Shown: positions 35,801 to 50,800 of the stretch, in pieces | How positions within the stretch are numbered: the first letter of the stretch is position 1 | How the letters are laid out: each line of letters opens with the position of its first letter | NCBI GenBank assembly: GCA_013239625.1 | Contig: MU053758.1 | Location: 2,170,001-2,234,000 of the forward strand | DNA from: Lama guanicoe | Lineage: Eukaryota | Length of the DNA stretch: 64,000 nt | Reading direction: 5' to 3' | The notes under the pieces: generated by a model | The model's input: the letters and a program-made list of their open reading frames with translations, nothing else | What the model was told of the DNA's origin: nothing | The model's database searches: none | Program-made: the position numbers and the translations under genes

Positions 35801-38800
35801 AAGTTCATTGATAGTGTTGTTCAAGTCTTCTATAGCTTTACTGGTTTTTTTGGTCTACTTGTTTTATCTTCACTGAAAGAGCAGGGTACTATTTAGTATT
35901 TTTTCCATCTACTCCTTTTCCTGAAGTTTACATCATCTGATATTAACAACCACATCAACTTTCCTGTGATTAGTATTTGTGACAGTGTATCTTTTCCCAT
36001 CCTTTTAATCTCCATATTATTTTTATGTTTTCTTATAGTCTTGAGCATATTTGTAATTTTTTTTAAAACCGTTTATTGGTCATATTTTATAATCTGTTCT
36101 TTCTAGGTCTGTTTCTATTGACTGGTTTTTTTTCTGGTTCTTCTTAGTATCATTTCCTGCTTCTCTGTAGATACTGTAATTTTTTATTGAATGCTGGAAA
36201 TTTTGTGTCTCCCTTTAAAGAACACTGAGTTTTGATTTGGCAGGCAATTAAGTTAGTTCTTGGTCAAACTGATGCTAAAATTTTCCTTTTAACCTTTATT
36301 AGGGCAGGTCTAGTTTAGCTCCACTAACAAGATGTGACTTTTCTGCACTCTCTATTAAATGTCCCAAGGTGTTCAATGAGCCTTCTCCATTTGGGGTAGT
36401 TAGAACTTTCCCAGCTTTATTTAAGCTCTGGCAATCTCAGTAATTGCTCTTTAACTTATTAGATGTCCTTTGCCCAGCTTTGTGGGGACTCAATATGTGC
36501 AAATATAGTTTACTATTCAGCCAAATTTATGTAGATATCTGCAGCCCTGTTTTGAGTAGTTCCCCCTCCCAAGACACAAAGCGAGCCACTCTGGTCTCCC
36601 TGAACTTCAATCTCTTTCTCTTCAAATCAGCCAGAACTCTGTGCTCTGCTTGGGTTCCTTCTCCTTGTGCTGTTACATGGAAAATGCTACCAGGCAGAAA
36701 GCTGGGGTAATCATAGGGCTCACCCTCATTGTTTCTCAGTTCTGCTATGCATGTTTTCCAGCATCTCAAACTGCTTGTTCTCTGTGTTTTGTACAGTTTT
36801 ATAGCTGTTTATAACTTGAGGGCAGTTAACTGTCATTATCAGAAGTCTCTGTCTTTGATTTTTAGGTTGTATCATTTTTCTTTTAAATTGTGCTAGTGGT
36901 TATTTGACAATTTTTAAGATATTAAGTTTTCTTTTTAAAGGAGTGATAAAGTTAATGCACTTATGTTAAGGACTGCTTTGATTTCTTTCTTAATTCATGT
37001 TTCAATTATGTAAAACATTTACATGGCTATTAAAGTAAAACATGGTATTTCAGATGTCTCCTTCTCATTCCTGTCTCTTCATGTTTTCTCTCTCCTCACA
37101 AGTAATCATTTTCATTCATTTCTGATGATGAAAATATAAGTAAATATGGATATATATTATCTAAAGTAAGTGTCAGGTTATTGGTATAAATTTATGGTTG
37201 GGGAGGGGTTAGTAAATTTGTCTCTCATTGGTTTCCAAATCAATTTACATGAATAATATGTTTTAGGTAGAATTAATTAATAACCACAGTCCTTGTCTTT
37301 CAGACATTTTCTTGAATTAAAAGTTAACAAGTTGTGGCCTCAAAGAAAGGAATAAAACAAACAATGTGTATGTACCCTGTGCTTGGAGTGTCTTCCACTT
37401 TCCTTCATTCAAGCAATTCTAAAGAGCCCATCTCTTTTTTGAGGCCTTTTTGAAGAACAGGAAGATTCACTGAATAATCCAGGCCCCTCCCTGTGTAAAC
37501 ATGTTTCTTCAGTGGCTTCATTTCACCTCCTAATAGGCCACAACTTCCCTACATAATATTTAAATGCTATCTGATACATGTTATTACCAACAGATCCTTG
37601 GGCTGAATGTTTTTTATATCTACCTTCTATGTCTATTGGGTCTGTGACACTAAACTCTTATGAATGGATGTTTCGTTTCTTTTAAATTATGACTGACACA
37701 AGACATTGTATATTTAAAGAGTCATTTAAGAAACAGTCTCTATATTGATTATTATAAGCTATTTAGTCCTGTGTTTAAGCTTTTACATCTTCTTACAGAA
37801 TCATCTGTTCATTGTGTCTTTTGAATGATAGCTACTAATATCTTCTTGAAATATAAGCAGTCATAGTAATTTATATTATTATTATTTCTTACTGCACACT
37901 ACAATTTTAAAGTTTTACTTTAAATATTAAGACAGAATTTGTGCCCAATTCCTAAATAAGTTTCTTGTTCTATTTCTAACTTTAATGTCTCGTTCTCCTT
38001 TTAAAACATCTATAAGATCAAAATGAAATTTGCTAAATATACTTAGTAGCCTGCATTTAAAGCTAGGATAGGCAGGACATAAGGGGCTATGACTTACCCT
38101 TCTGAAACATAAATTACTTACGCATCTGTAGTCTTTGTACACCCATTCAGATTTAGTACTTCAATGTTCCTACAGTTTTGTGCAAAGGTCCTTACAGGAA
38201 AGAAACAAACAAAAGAGACTGAAGTGAAATGGGCACAATTCTCAGCATTAAAAATAATAATAAAAGATATCAATAATGGTAATATTGGATGTTGGTACAA
38301 ACACAGTTTACAATAAATTAATTTTCAACCATGAACTTTGAACATCGATCTTTTTGTCAACCAGTTAAAATTATCCTAACTTTGAGAAAGAAAGTTAAAA
38401 AAATTTACAAGGCTCCAAGAGAACCATTTATAATACAGGGAATCTGGCTTTTGGGGGAAGAGCACTTGTTCTTTTATTCTCTGAGTAGGAAGATGAAAAC
38501 TATTCTAGCCTTTTCTGGGTGAGATGGTGCGGCTCGGTGTTGTTCTTTACTTCAGGCAAGAAGATCAGTTAATCAATAGGTATGTTTTTACCTTAATGCA
38601 TTGTCTCCTACTCCAAGACACCCCCGAAGACTTAACTTTCGTAAAAAGCCCCCACATCTTTTTGAAATATTCTCCACTACGCGGCCCTGTTAAAAAAACA
38701 AAAGATAAAAAAGACAACCCATCATGTTGTTTTTGAAAAGAACACATTCTCATTTTTAAGCGGTTTCTACTCCTTTTTAAAGATCTAATTAAATCAATGG

Positions 38801-41800
38801 GGAAATTTCAACTTACTATGAGAAAGCTTTTCCGATTAATCCATCTACTTGAATCATGCCTAAACCTATATTATTATTTATTTTGTTTATCTTGTAAGAC
38901 ATTATGTATTTGCGGAAATGGTGCTCTGCAGTTCTCGTGTCACTACATTAATGTAGACTTCTCCCCTGGTTAAACTGCAACTTCTAAAGGACATTAACTG
39001 CTGTTTCTGTGTCCTTTCTAAATGATTTCCTGTAGTACATTAAATGCAGCAGAGGCTCAGTGAACAGTGAACAAAATCTTGCTGAATGATTCTGTGGGTC
39101 ACGTTGCTTTAAACATTCACATCCATGAAGATTAGAGAATTGTCAAGAAAACATAAAAATCCAGCATAATGTCAGTGGGCAATATTTTAAAAGCACTTTA
39201 TGAAGATAATGAAAAGTTCATGTGAGGTTTTTGTTGTTGTTTTTTTTAACTTCTTACATGGATCCTCAAGCAACTAAGATCCACCAGAACTTAAAAAAAA
39301 ATCCAACTGAAAAAAAATATAAATCTCATCTTAATCCTTATAACACAGTGAGGAAGTTATTATTTCTACTCTCCTGATAAGAAAACCAAGGAGCTCAAAT
39401 TCAGGTTAAAGTTTAAGTTTCAGCTATTATCATTCTCCATTTTGGAGAAAACAGGCAATACTAAGAGATGAAATATGACGGAGAAGTGAGAAAGGAAAAA
39501 ATCTCTCCACAGTACAAACAATCCAATAAATGACTTTGGCTTTATTCTTTCTTTATTCTCCACAAAAACTATCTGTAGGCTACCCAAGAACCCAAAATGC
39601 TAATCAAGAAGAAATCATGCAAATGTGCTTCAACATGTTGCTAACTTTATTTTTCAATAAACAAATATAAAAAGACTACCTTAAAATGAGCAAACACAGG
39701 TTCACATTTCCACCACAAAAATAAAAAAGTTTTTGAGTCTCATGAACACTACATAACTTGGTATGATTTCAGTAAAATAATTCTGCTTATTCTCAAAAAC
39801 TGAAGAAGTTTTTGGGAACACAGCAGGCTCCCATGAAGTTCAGATGCACTAAAATTAATAGTTTCTCTCTCCAGGGAAAGGAGATTTATATGGTTGGGGC
39901 TAATCTGTTCCATGCTGTAATTACATTCTAACGAGAGAAATGGGGCCACACACCACATAATTATACCTCAATATCCCTCTGGAAATCAAACAGGTCAATT
40001 CGCTGCCAGTTACTGCCATCCAGCGCCAGAACATTCCAGGCCTATTTTGAAGAAAAAGAATGAGTAGAAGTTGAGACAAAGGGGAAAAGTCAGCAATATT
40101 AAAGTTCACAATTCAACCTACCAATAATGGAAATTATTCAATATGAAATTGACCAAAAAATTTCCCAGGCCACCCCATACTATTAAATCCCAAAAGCTCT
40201 GTCTTCTTTCTGATTCATACTTGAATCTCCAAGTAGATTACCTCATAAATGAGCAGGTACAGAAATTAGCAGCTACAAAAGATCTTACGTTAGGAGGCTG
40301 GGGAAAGGACAAGTTGTGATAAGTATCACGGCCAGAAACTGTTTTCTTACTGGAGTTTCTAATCTCAAAATGAGATAATTCAGTTGATGAAAAGCAAATC
40401 TGTTATTCTACCCCTCAATAAGGTGAGGGCGAAACCAAAGAAAGAAAACAGTATTCTGAATGTACTGTCTTCAGTATATATACTACATTCAATATATATT
40501 TGCTATCCATAGCATCACTTGGTTGGACCTGAAACTGTGATGTGGTGACCTGGGCTTAGAAAAGGCACCATCATTTCTGCGTATTCATGACAGAGACTTA
40601 ATGCTTTCCTCATCACCATTTTTGCTCACTCAGATAGGCTTTTCAATTGGTCATTTTGCCCTTTGACTTGATTCAGTGGTAATTTTAAAACAGAGAAAGT
40701 TTTGAGACTTCTCATTAATTTCTTTAATAAGCTAAAGGGAGGCAAGAAAGTTTCTAAACTTTTGAACTTTTCAGGACAAGGTGAAAAATGACCCAAATAA
40801 GAGTTAACTTGTTGTGGATCATTCTGTATTTTAATCAGAAAGCCTTTAAAAGTTTTCCCTATTAAATTTAAAGTGTAAACAAAAGTTTTAATACTATTGA
40901 GTTATAAACTTCTAATATCATCTCTTATTACAACAAATCAAAATGCAGATGTGATACTGCAATTCTAAAGGGAAACTGTGTATATACTTATAAGCTCCAG
41001 GGTAACTGTCACACAGTCAGCAAGAAATATGTCAGGGGTATGAGGGTAAACAAAGTTGTCATTCCAGAAATCTTAAAGATTCCTCAGGATTTCAGTGTTA
41101 ACTTTTCTTCTTGTGGCTTCATGTTTTTCCAATGGTTTCTAACATGGCTAGTCATGGAGACAAAACTTTTTGAAGACTGTGTGTTTACTAGGGCTAAATA
41201 TACCTCTGATTTGGTTTGGTATTTTTCATTTCCTTATACTACTTTCTCCAGCAAGCAGGAAACATGCTAAACTGAGACTAAAATTAGGAATGACAAGTAC
41301 CTCTCTAGAGTTTTTAAAAAAGTTTTTTGGTGGAGGGAGGTAATTAGGGTTATCTATTTATTTATTTTTTAAGTGGTAGTACTGGGGATTGAACCCAGGA
41401 TCTCATGCATGCTAAGCATGCATTCTACTGCTGAGCTATATCCTCCCCTCTTTCAGAGTCTCTTTTAAAAGCAAATTACCTAAATATTCAAGTATAGAAA
41501 ATAACAGGATAACTACCTATATACTAACTATTCAGATTTAATGAAAACTGGCTTTGTGCTTCCTTTTAAGCTAAAACATATTAAGAGGGAAGAGGAACCT
41601 GCAAATGAAAACAACCATCAAAGCTCACTCAAATCAACATTCCTGAGATGAGCCTCTGCAACTAAATAGGTTTAGACACTGGTTTTGTTTTTCAGTTCAT
41701 ATGGAGCTTCCTATGGAGACAGCAAGGAAATCCCACTCATTTGTACCAGCCATGTCTACCACTATCAGGAACAGAAATGTCATGAATAGAAATCATCAAA

Positions 41801-44800
41801 GTACTACTGGCTGTTTCCAAAACAGCTGGTACACAGATTTAGTATGGCTTTTAAGATGCAGAAACTTCATTAAACTTCGGAATTCAAGGTGAATTTTCTA
41901 TGGCAAGTTTTGTGTGTGTATGTGTTTGTGTGTGTGCATGTGTGTGTGAGGGGATCAGTGTTGGAAATGTGAAGGAAAACATGGGCCTACTTATAAAGAT
42001 AAACTCAACAGTCTATGATACAACCATGTTACATATTCAGCACCTAAGACTGTACCTGGTACACAGTAGGTTTCCAATAAATATCTGTTAAATAAACAAG
42101 CAAAAAGCCACTGTCCAGTTTGTAAAAAAAAAAAATTGTAGGTACTCATTCATTTTATTAAGTTAATTATTACACATCTGGATTATTACACAAAAGAGAC
42201 CAGGAATGGTTCATAAAGCAGTTTTCCCACAACAGAGATTCTATCCTTAATATTAATGGCAGCAATAAGATTATGATGTTTCACTCTTTTGTCACACCAA
42301 TGTCAACTGACAAAAATGAATAAGCGTAATTCATAAACTGACTCTGAGAATAGAATATGGTTTGCTCTACAATTTCTAAAAAGTTAAACTCTGGTTATTA
42401 TCTTCTGAGAAAAAAAATATAGGGAGGTAACATGAGAATTAGACCCTCAGGAGCCTTCCAGGTATGTACATAAAATGAACTAGGAAAACATAATGAAACA
42501 CTATTTTATGACAATTTTGAGTAAAGCCTAACCTTTCAATTTGCATGTTTAATATTTTTTCCTTGAAAATGTTTCCTCTCTTTGTATTATACAAATAGTA
42601 AAGAGTTTCAAAAAATTAAAGTTAGAGACAGTACATACAGGAGAATTCAGGTTTGGGAAAGGCACGTGAAACAACCTCCTTGAAAACACAATATACAACT
42701 AACATCTGAAGTAAATGGTTCGCCTACTACAGAAGCTGATTATCATCAGTGTCAGGTGGGATGCCCTTGTAATCATGTCAGTCGTCCTTACCCTGGAGAC
42801 CTGAGCACAGCGACACAAGGTAACAACATCCAGAAAAGAAAATATCCTAAAAAGAGATGGAGAAAAACTTTATTATATGATAAAGTAGCTTCTCAATTTT
42901 TGTCTATAAATAATTGGCTATGTTAACACATGCACAAAAAGGCAGAAGTTCTTTTAAACAATCACACAGAAAGCTGGAGCAATTTATAAAAACAATACTG
43001 CCCATATAAAACATAGGGGCAGAAAGTAATCTTTGCCTTGATAATGTACATATCAGTACCACAAAATTTCAATTATTCACGTCAAGAGATGATAAGATAT
43101 TCCTACAGATAATTTTTTTTAAGTAAAAAAAACAATTTCCACACTGGTTATCAAAAGAAATAGGTTAGGGGAAGGATCTCTTAACAAAGAATTTTACAGT
43201 TATAAGGGAAAAAGATAAAATAATACTGATAAACTACACCTAAAACATAGTAACTATAAAATGTTAAATCTCTATATATTTAATTCTGATATGGAAAATT
43301 ATAAAACTCATTTAACACATCAATGTCAGGAAACACCACCTAAAATTTTTCTGCTCTAGAGAGGTTAAATATTTATTTTGAAGAATTATTATTTGAAATA
43401 ATTAATTTGCTTAAAGTATGATAATGCTCTACATTATAAGCCACCTGTAAAAACAGGTCAAAGCATCCTGGGAATAAAGTGAATGGGTCACTTCTGCTTA
43501 GAAGTTCTCCTTCTTCATAAACACCCTTAAAGATTATTTTGATCTGAGTAACAAGCGAAGGTCTTCTGCTAGTGGCAAAAAGTAAAAATACAGCATGCCT
43601 TTTAAAGTAAATTAATTTAAAGTTTTTTTGAAACTTAAAAAAATTGGATTATATACATAATATAAAACTTACCAGTTAACCATTTTTAAGTGTGTAGTTC
43701 AATGGCATTAAGTACATTCACACTGTTGTGCAATCAGCACCGTCATCCATTGCCAGAACTTTTGCATCTTCACAAACTGAAGCTCTGTACCCACTGGACA
43801 GTAACTCCTCATTTCCCCTTTCCCCCAAACCCATGGCAACCACCACTCTACTTTCTTCATCTGTGAATCTGACTACTCTAGGTACTTCATATGAGTGGAA
43901 CCATATGGCACGTGCCCTTCTGTGACTGGCTTATTTCATTTAGCATAATGTCTTCAAGGTTCATCCATGTTGTACCATGTATCAGAATTTCCTTCCTTTT
44001 TAATGCTGAATACTATTCCAATGTATAAATATACCACATTTTGTACATCTGACCATAGATGGAAAGGCTGGATACCCTTCTTCTTCTCTTGAGTCAGCCT
44101 TGCTACCACACCCTGATGGCTCTCCTTAGTAAAATAAATCTCCCACCTTCTTTAACACTGATTACCAACTCCATTCCCAAATAAATACATATACTTCCAA
44201 TCTAAGTACCTCAATTCTTAAAATAAGCTTATCTAATGCAAAAAGCATTCTTGTATTGCTTAAATGCTGCTGCTTTTCCCTGTCATCCACTATATACTAC
44301 CTTTATGTGGAGTTTCATAATCTAAGGATATTGTTTCCAGCAAATCACTACTAATCCCTCAGCAATTCATATATGTGTAAAACATAATATTACATATGGT
44401 GGAGGCACAAGTGAGAAATTTTACAGATAATGATCATAGTTAGCAAGATTCTCCACAGAAGAAAGCATAATAGATAGACATGAAACCTCAGGCTGGAGAC
44501 CTAGAAGACTATGAAGCATACAACTCAAAAATCATAATTCTGTTCTTAGAATGTACTGCCTGGGGTTCTAAACGTCAAAATTCCCATGACTTAGGTTTTT
44601 ACCTGGATTCTGACATATGGTACATTAAAAACACAGTTGCTGTGCTCCTCTATTCAAGTAATAAGAGCTTGGACTTTCCAGACCTGATCTGGCTCCCTGG
44701 TAAGACGGATATAGTAAGCCTCAGTGCTTAAGTCCCTTCTACACTCCACAAGTCATCTGTCTAAATGTCTGCTATTACTTAGTAACCTCTGACTTCAATC

Positions 44801-47800
44801 TATGTACTTGACTGTAGAGACAATTACCTTTAGAATGCCAAATGTAAGAACTAATGGGAAAAGCTGCCAGGGTTTTAACTACAGATATTTGGGGGGAATG
44901 GAGGGAGAGAAAGGAGGAGATTAGGGGAGGGGTAGGCTCACAGTGAGCATTCATTCTTCAAATATAGTATCATTAACCCAAATAAAAATATTCTTATACT
45001 TATAAATATGCATTTGTAAGATAAATCAAGGAGAAATGATATTGATATCTCTATATGATAGGCCAGAACAATAAACTAAATGTACTTAGCACCGTCCTGC
45101 TTTTCATCATCTTCAGGCGAGGTACCTTAGACTTAAACCCTTTACATAGTTCCTTCTAAGAATGCATATGTCTATAATCAGAATGGCTAAGATCACAGAA
45201 ATGAGAAAACTGAGCTGGAATAAAAGGTGTGCTATTGTTGAAGGATCCTGCTTGACTACTTCAGTAATCGCCCCCCACCCCTACCCCATCTCCTATCAAC
45301 AGATTGTTGGAAAAATGGCCTAGCTGTAGGGTGCCCACGTTTAAGCAAAGGAGGTCTCATCTTCCTCAGTCAACATAAGGAATCTCAGGAAGCAAAAAGA
45401 CCTTGGCCAGGTTTCTGAAACGTGGTGTGGAAGAAGACGGGGACTAATTATAAATAAATCTTACTGCTGTATAAAAAAGAAAGAGAAAACCCAAACCCTT
45501 AATACTAGATCCCTGGAAGAGAACATGGGGCTGGCTGTTAACGTAAATACTGAGAGTAGATTTTGGAATACGGTTATCCGTGGTATGTTCTGCAAAAATA
45601 ATTTATTCCAAACTTACTTTGGATTCAGTCTTATGACAAATATCCCCAACCTACCTCAGCAATACCTCTTAATGTAGTTCTTTTTATTAAATAAATTAAA
45701 AAGCATAGCATGGTCCTGAAGAGGGCTTAACAAAATGAGTAATTTCATTCACATCATGAGGATATCTACGGGCATGACTTTTGTAAAGTAATTTGATAGT
45801 GCCCATTAAAATAAAAAAACATACATACTATGTCCTGTAGAAGCAAAAGTATGAGTAAAGATAGTTATCAGAATGTTTGATTTGGTCTATTTCAGCAAGT
45901 TTCCTTAGCTCTCAATAGGGAAACATTTCCACTGTTTATCCCCATCACAGTCAAATCTGTGCCATCAGGAACCAGGCTGTGGTTCTCTCTACTCTGGGGC
46001 CATGTCAAATGGGTGAGGGCCTGGCAGGTGGGCTGCCACTCCCTTTGCCTCCCCTAAAACACCCACGCTGGAGCCCCCTCATCTTCCTTCATTGTTCCTC
46101 AATACCACCTCGTGGCCCCCGCTTCCCCTCTGGCTCAGCTCCCTCAACTCAGCCCCTCTGCCCAGCCCCCATCCCAGGCCTTCTCTGGCCCAGCCCCCTC
46201 TGACTGTCTTCCCTTCTCTTCTTCTTGTAGTTAGCAGCCATTATAAAAATTAAGTACAGCTACATGAACTGACTTAAAAAAGATGTCAATGATTATTAAA
46301 TGACAGGAACAAAACAAGTTGTATAAGTGTTCATATCATGTTTTCATTTTTGAGAAATATAAACTATGTATACATGAACGCATGCATGTAAGTGTTGTGC
46401 ACATCATATATCTAGATATAACAGGATATATGTTACTTTTGTGGGGGAAAAACAGGCTTTTTGTGGGGGGTGTTGCTGAGAGAGCAGGAATAAGGAAGCC
46501 ATTTGTTTATTCCTTTTATTTTTTTAAAAAGTGTTGGGCTCACAAGTAACATATTTTATTTGCTAAAAAAATTTTTTAAGGCACCGGATACAGATTTTTG
46601 GCCACCATGAGTTTTATAAAGCCTGCTTGAATTTAGGGTTCTTTTTTGTTTGTTTATTTTTTTTGTTGTTCTTTTTAAAATAAAAAAATTGCAGTTTAGT
46701 TGCTGTACAAGATTATGTAAGTTACAGGTATACAATATAGTGATTCACAAGTTTTAAAGGTTACACTTCATATATAATTATAAGATATTGGCTATATTCC
46801 TTGTACTGTACAATATATCCTTTGCAGCTTATTTTATACCTAATAGTTTGTACCTCTTAATCCCCTAACCCTATATTGCTTCTTCCCCCTTTCCCTCTTC
46901 CCACTGGTAACCACTAGTTTATTCTCTGTATCTGTGAGTCTGCTTCTTTTTTGTTACTGAATTTAGGGTTCTAATACTTGTCTACTATCTGGCAGAAAAT
47001 AAACTACATTTTCAAAGTTGCAAACTTCTTATTTCTCATAAGAGACCAACAGTTTGCAGGACTTGTTCACTGAAACTTTACTATCTTCAGACGCAGGTTT
47101 ACAAGGCCCCTTTTTTACATAAGACGACTTAAGGTTTAATTATGACATTATGGTTTTATTTATGATCTTGTGAGGAACTCTGCTAAAAGCAATGTATGCT
47201 ACCTGTAGCTATAATGGACTTATTTGAGCTTTGATTCTTTAGATGAGAACAAGTTATACATTAAGTTACAAGACCTCTCTATACTCTCTCATACTTGGTC
47301 ATTATGGTGAACACAAAGATGACATATTCTGTATTACTAAGTGAATCAGAGCAGGTAGACACAACCTGCTAGATCAGATAATCTTCAACCTCTTAAATCA
47401 GGGCTGTGCCTTGCTTTACCATTTCTTTTAAACTCAAATCTTGATGGAAAATGGCTCTTAAATAAACCAGATGCACACCCCTGACCATGAAGGAGAGCAA
47501 AATAGATTTCCTATGTATTTTTGAAATGATCTTGTCTCACATTAAGAAATATTAAGAGGACATATCAGAAATTTAGTCTTGTCATCCAGCTACTTACAAT
47601 TAACTACTATTTTAACCAAGATTATATTCAGCAGAAATTATGCAAACCTAATCTATTCATATCTGGTAATCCCATGAAGCACATTAAATTATTTAGTTCC
47701 TTAGATGCACAAGTTACTATTACTTTTTTTTCTTTTTGGTGGAGAGGGGCAATTAAGATTACTTATTTATTCTTAGAGGAAGTACTGGGGACTGAACCCA

Positions 47801-50800
47801 GGACCTCATGCATGCTAAGCACGTGCTCTACTACTTGAGCTATACCCTCCCCTACTACTACTTTATTATTAACAAAACTGAGTTGATTGAAAAGTTTTCT
47901 CTTCATTTCTAAATGAGATGCACCATGGGGATGTTAATGGGGTTTTCTTTGGCCTTGTCGAGCAACTGGTAATACCACCTTCTACGAACATTTTCCAGGC
48001 AAAAATCACCTTAGCTATGATCTGTGGTACAGAATTTTAAGCAATTCATTAACCATTTGGTTACATGCTGGAAATAATTACGATTTTTTTCTTGAGGAAA
48101 TAAAATTCAATGCAAAAGTAGACAGTGTTTGTTGGGGTGAAGTCATGGTTAGGCTTTTTTCATCAAAAAAGGACAAGTCTACTACCCATTCATCTGATTT
48201 GAAGTATAGGAATCAGTCATCAAACCACAACTAAGAATATTTCTATTCTAAGACTGCATAAGAAACATAATCCTTGTGCTACCCTAATCCTAGGAAAAGT
48301 CCACCTTTATAGTAATAATTATTTATAGAAAGCCATCTGAAGGACATTCATGGTTCTTGTTAAGTATGCAATATTCTATTTGTGGTGGGCACTGTGACTG
48401 ACTCTCCAACATCCATTTCATCCCAATTAACTAATCTGTCACAGTGATTGGTTCAGGTCTAAGCCAACTGAGCTAATGAGATCTGAGAAGAGGCTTTATT
48501 GGACTATCAATGCTAGCCCACCTCTCCCCTCAGAGTGAACAAAGGATGCTGTATTTGCTGGCATCCATCCTATGACCATAAGGAAAAGCAGTTTTAGGAC
48601 CATGCTGATGCTGTTCACAGCAGAATACAGAGAGAAAATTGCTGATGAAACCGTAGATCTTCTAAATCAATTAACCTTAGGATGTAGGTAGCCCAATCTA
48701 TCTTTGTACTCCCTTTTATATGAGATAACCTCCCTAACTGTGTAAGCCACATTGAGCTACAATTACTTGCAGCTGAAAGCAACCCTGGATCAACTGGACG
48801 ATCAGAAGAATGCATTCTTAGACATTATTATTTTGTTTTTAACTGTTATAAAGGGTACTACAAGATGTGACCATATAAAATCTGTGACTGATTTGGCCAT
48901 GGAACTTTATCCACCAAATTTAATTAGACTCCTATTTGAGAAATTTCTTTTAGAAACAAGTGGAAGGAAGAGCTGTTTTTATGGAATCATATGTATATTT
49001 CTTCTTTTCTGTTAAGAATATTTCATTTATGCTACCAAGAAGTTTAAAGCTAAATTTGGGACCCATCTATAGCAACCATGTAGGCTCGTAAAAGGGAGCA
49101 TCTGTTTTACTTTTTGGCTTTGGTTTTCTACTTTTCTTTACATTTCTCATGGTCCTGATTATTTATTGATATTTATTATAATTGATCCTGATCTAAGCCA
49201 CCTCAAATGCTCAAGACAAATTAATTAGTAAATAAAAATCAAACAGGTTTCAGTCATAGTTGACATACTAATTTACATATATTAGATTAAGATATTCATG
49301 AAATATTGCTAACTAATAAGACTTCAATCACTTTAATATAGAACATTTAAACCAAGAAAGAATGTGTATGAGTACAATTATCTGGACAAACTTAAACATC
49401 TGTCATGCACAGCTCTTTTCTAAAGAGTTCGCACCATATCAGCCACCAGGTGATGATGCCCTGTTGGAATCCGGATGGACATCTGACCCAAAGGCTGCCA
49501 ATCTATAGGATAATCACTAGGCTATGATGTTTTGGCCCCAAAGCTTTTCATTTCAGTGTCTGAGAGGTCCTGCTTTTCCTTCTGGTTTCCTTATTTCCCA
49601 AGGGTACTGGTAAATCAAAAAGAACTAAATATAATAGTCTTTCTTTTGTGGCTTTAACCACTATACATATGTTTATGACTTCTAAATCATACTGATAAGC
49701 TTTAGACCTGTATACATCTGCCTTTTGACATCTCTCCTTGGATATTCACAACTACCAAAACTGAACTCATTTTCATTATTTTCCTCCCATTAACCCCATT
49801 CCTCCTATTTTATTTATCTTAGTGAGTGTTTCCACCATCTACTTGGCAGGAAGCAAAAACACTGGGCATCACCTCTGACTCCTTTCCAATATGTACCCCC
49901 ATAAGCAACAAATCAAATCAACCAGCAAACATATTGCCAATCATAACTCTTAAGAACCTCTTGATCAAATCCATTTTCTGTCTAGCCTATCATTACCATG
50001 GGGCTCAGACCATCACTTCCTCCCAATAAAGGACAAAATTTTTTGTTTTAAATTGTATATAAATAAAAATTTGTTATGTAATTGTGTATTATCACAGCTA
50101 TTTTTATTATTACACTTTTTGTAAATATTATTTATTGTAAATTAAACTTATATACATAACACACACTATATATGTATATTAGAGAGAACACACATATTAC
50201 AAAATTTACTTTTTTACAGAGCGCAATCCAGTGAATTTTAATACATCCACAATGTTGTGCATTCATCGCTAATTTCAGAACATTCTCATCACCCCTAAAA
50301 GAAACCTTGTATACATTAGTAGTAACTCCTCATCGTCCCCTCACTGCAGCCCCTGACAACACCCATCTCTATGAATTTGTCTATTCTGGGCATTTCGTAT
50401 AAATGGATTAATACAGTATGTGACCTTTGTATTTGGCTTCTTTCACTTCGAGTGTTTTTAATTATACACTTACGTTGTAGCACACATCTGTACTTCATTC
50501 TTTTTATGACTGAATACTATTCCATTGTATAGATATACCACAATTTGTTCATCCATTTGTCAGCTGATGGACATTTGGGTTGTTCCCACTTCTTGATTAT
50601 TATTAATAATTCTGCTATGAACATACATGTATAACTTTTTGTGAATATATTTGAGTTTAGGAGTAGAAATGCTGAGTTATAGGAGGAAGGAGAGCATCCA
50701 TGAGGAGGGTGACCAAGCATGAGATACTGGACAAGCAGAGCGAAGGGGCAGCCTAGTGTGGATGTCACAGGTTGAGGGGGCTGGGAAGGACGTCCAAGCA

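Larger units (their letters stand above)
28200..36850 (-). mobile_element. Composite of degenerate L1 elements (at least two old copies plus younger 3' ends) in FBXL20 intron 6
   Basis: ORF2 remnants: [20 protein letters not shown] (28836..), [26 protein letters not shown] (33994..), [16 protein letters not shown] (30425..); the same RT segment occurs twice; boundaries approximate. Confidence 0.85.
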
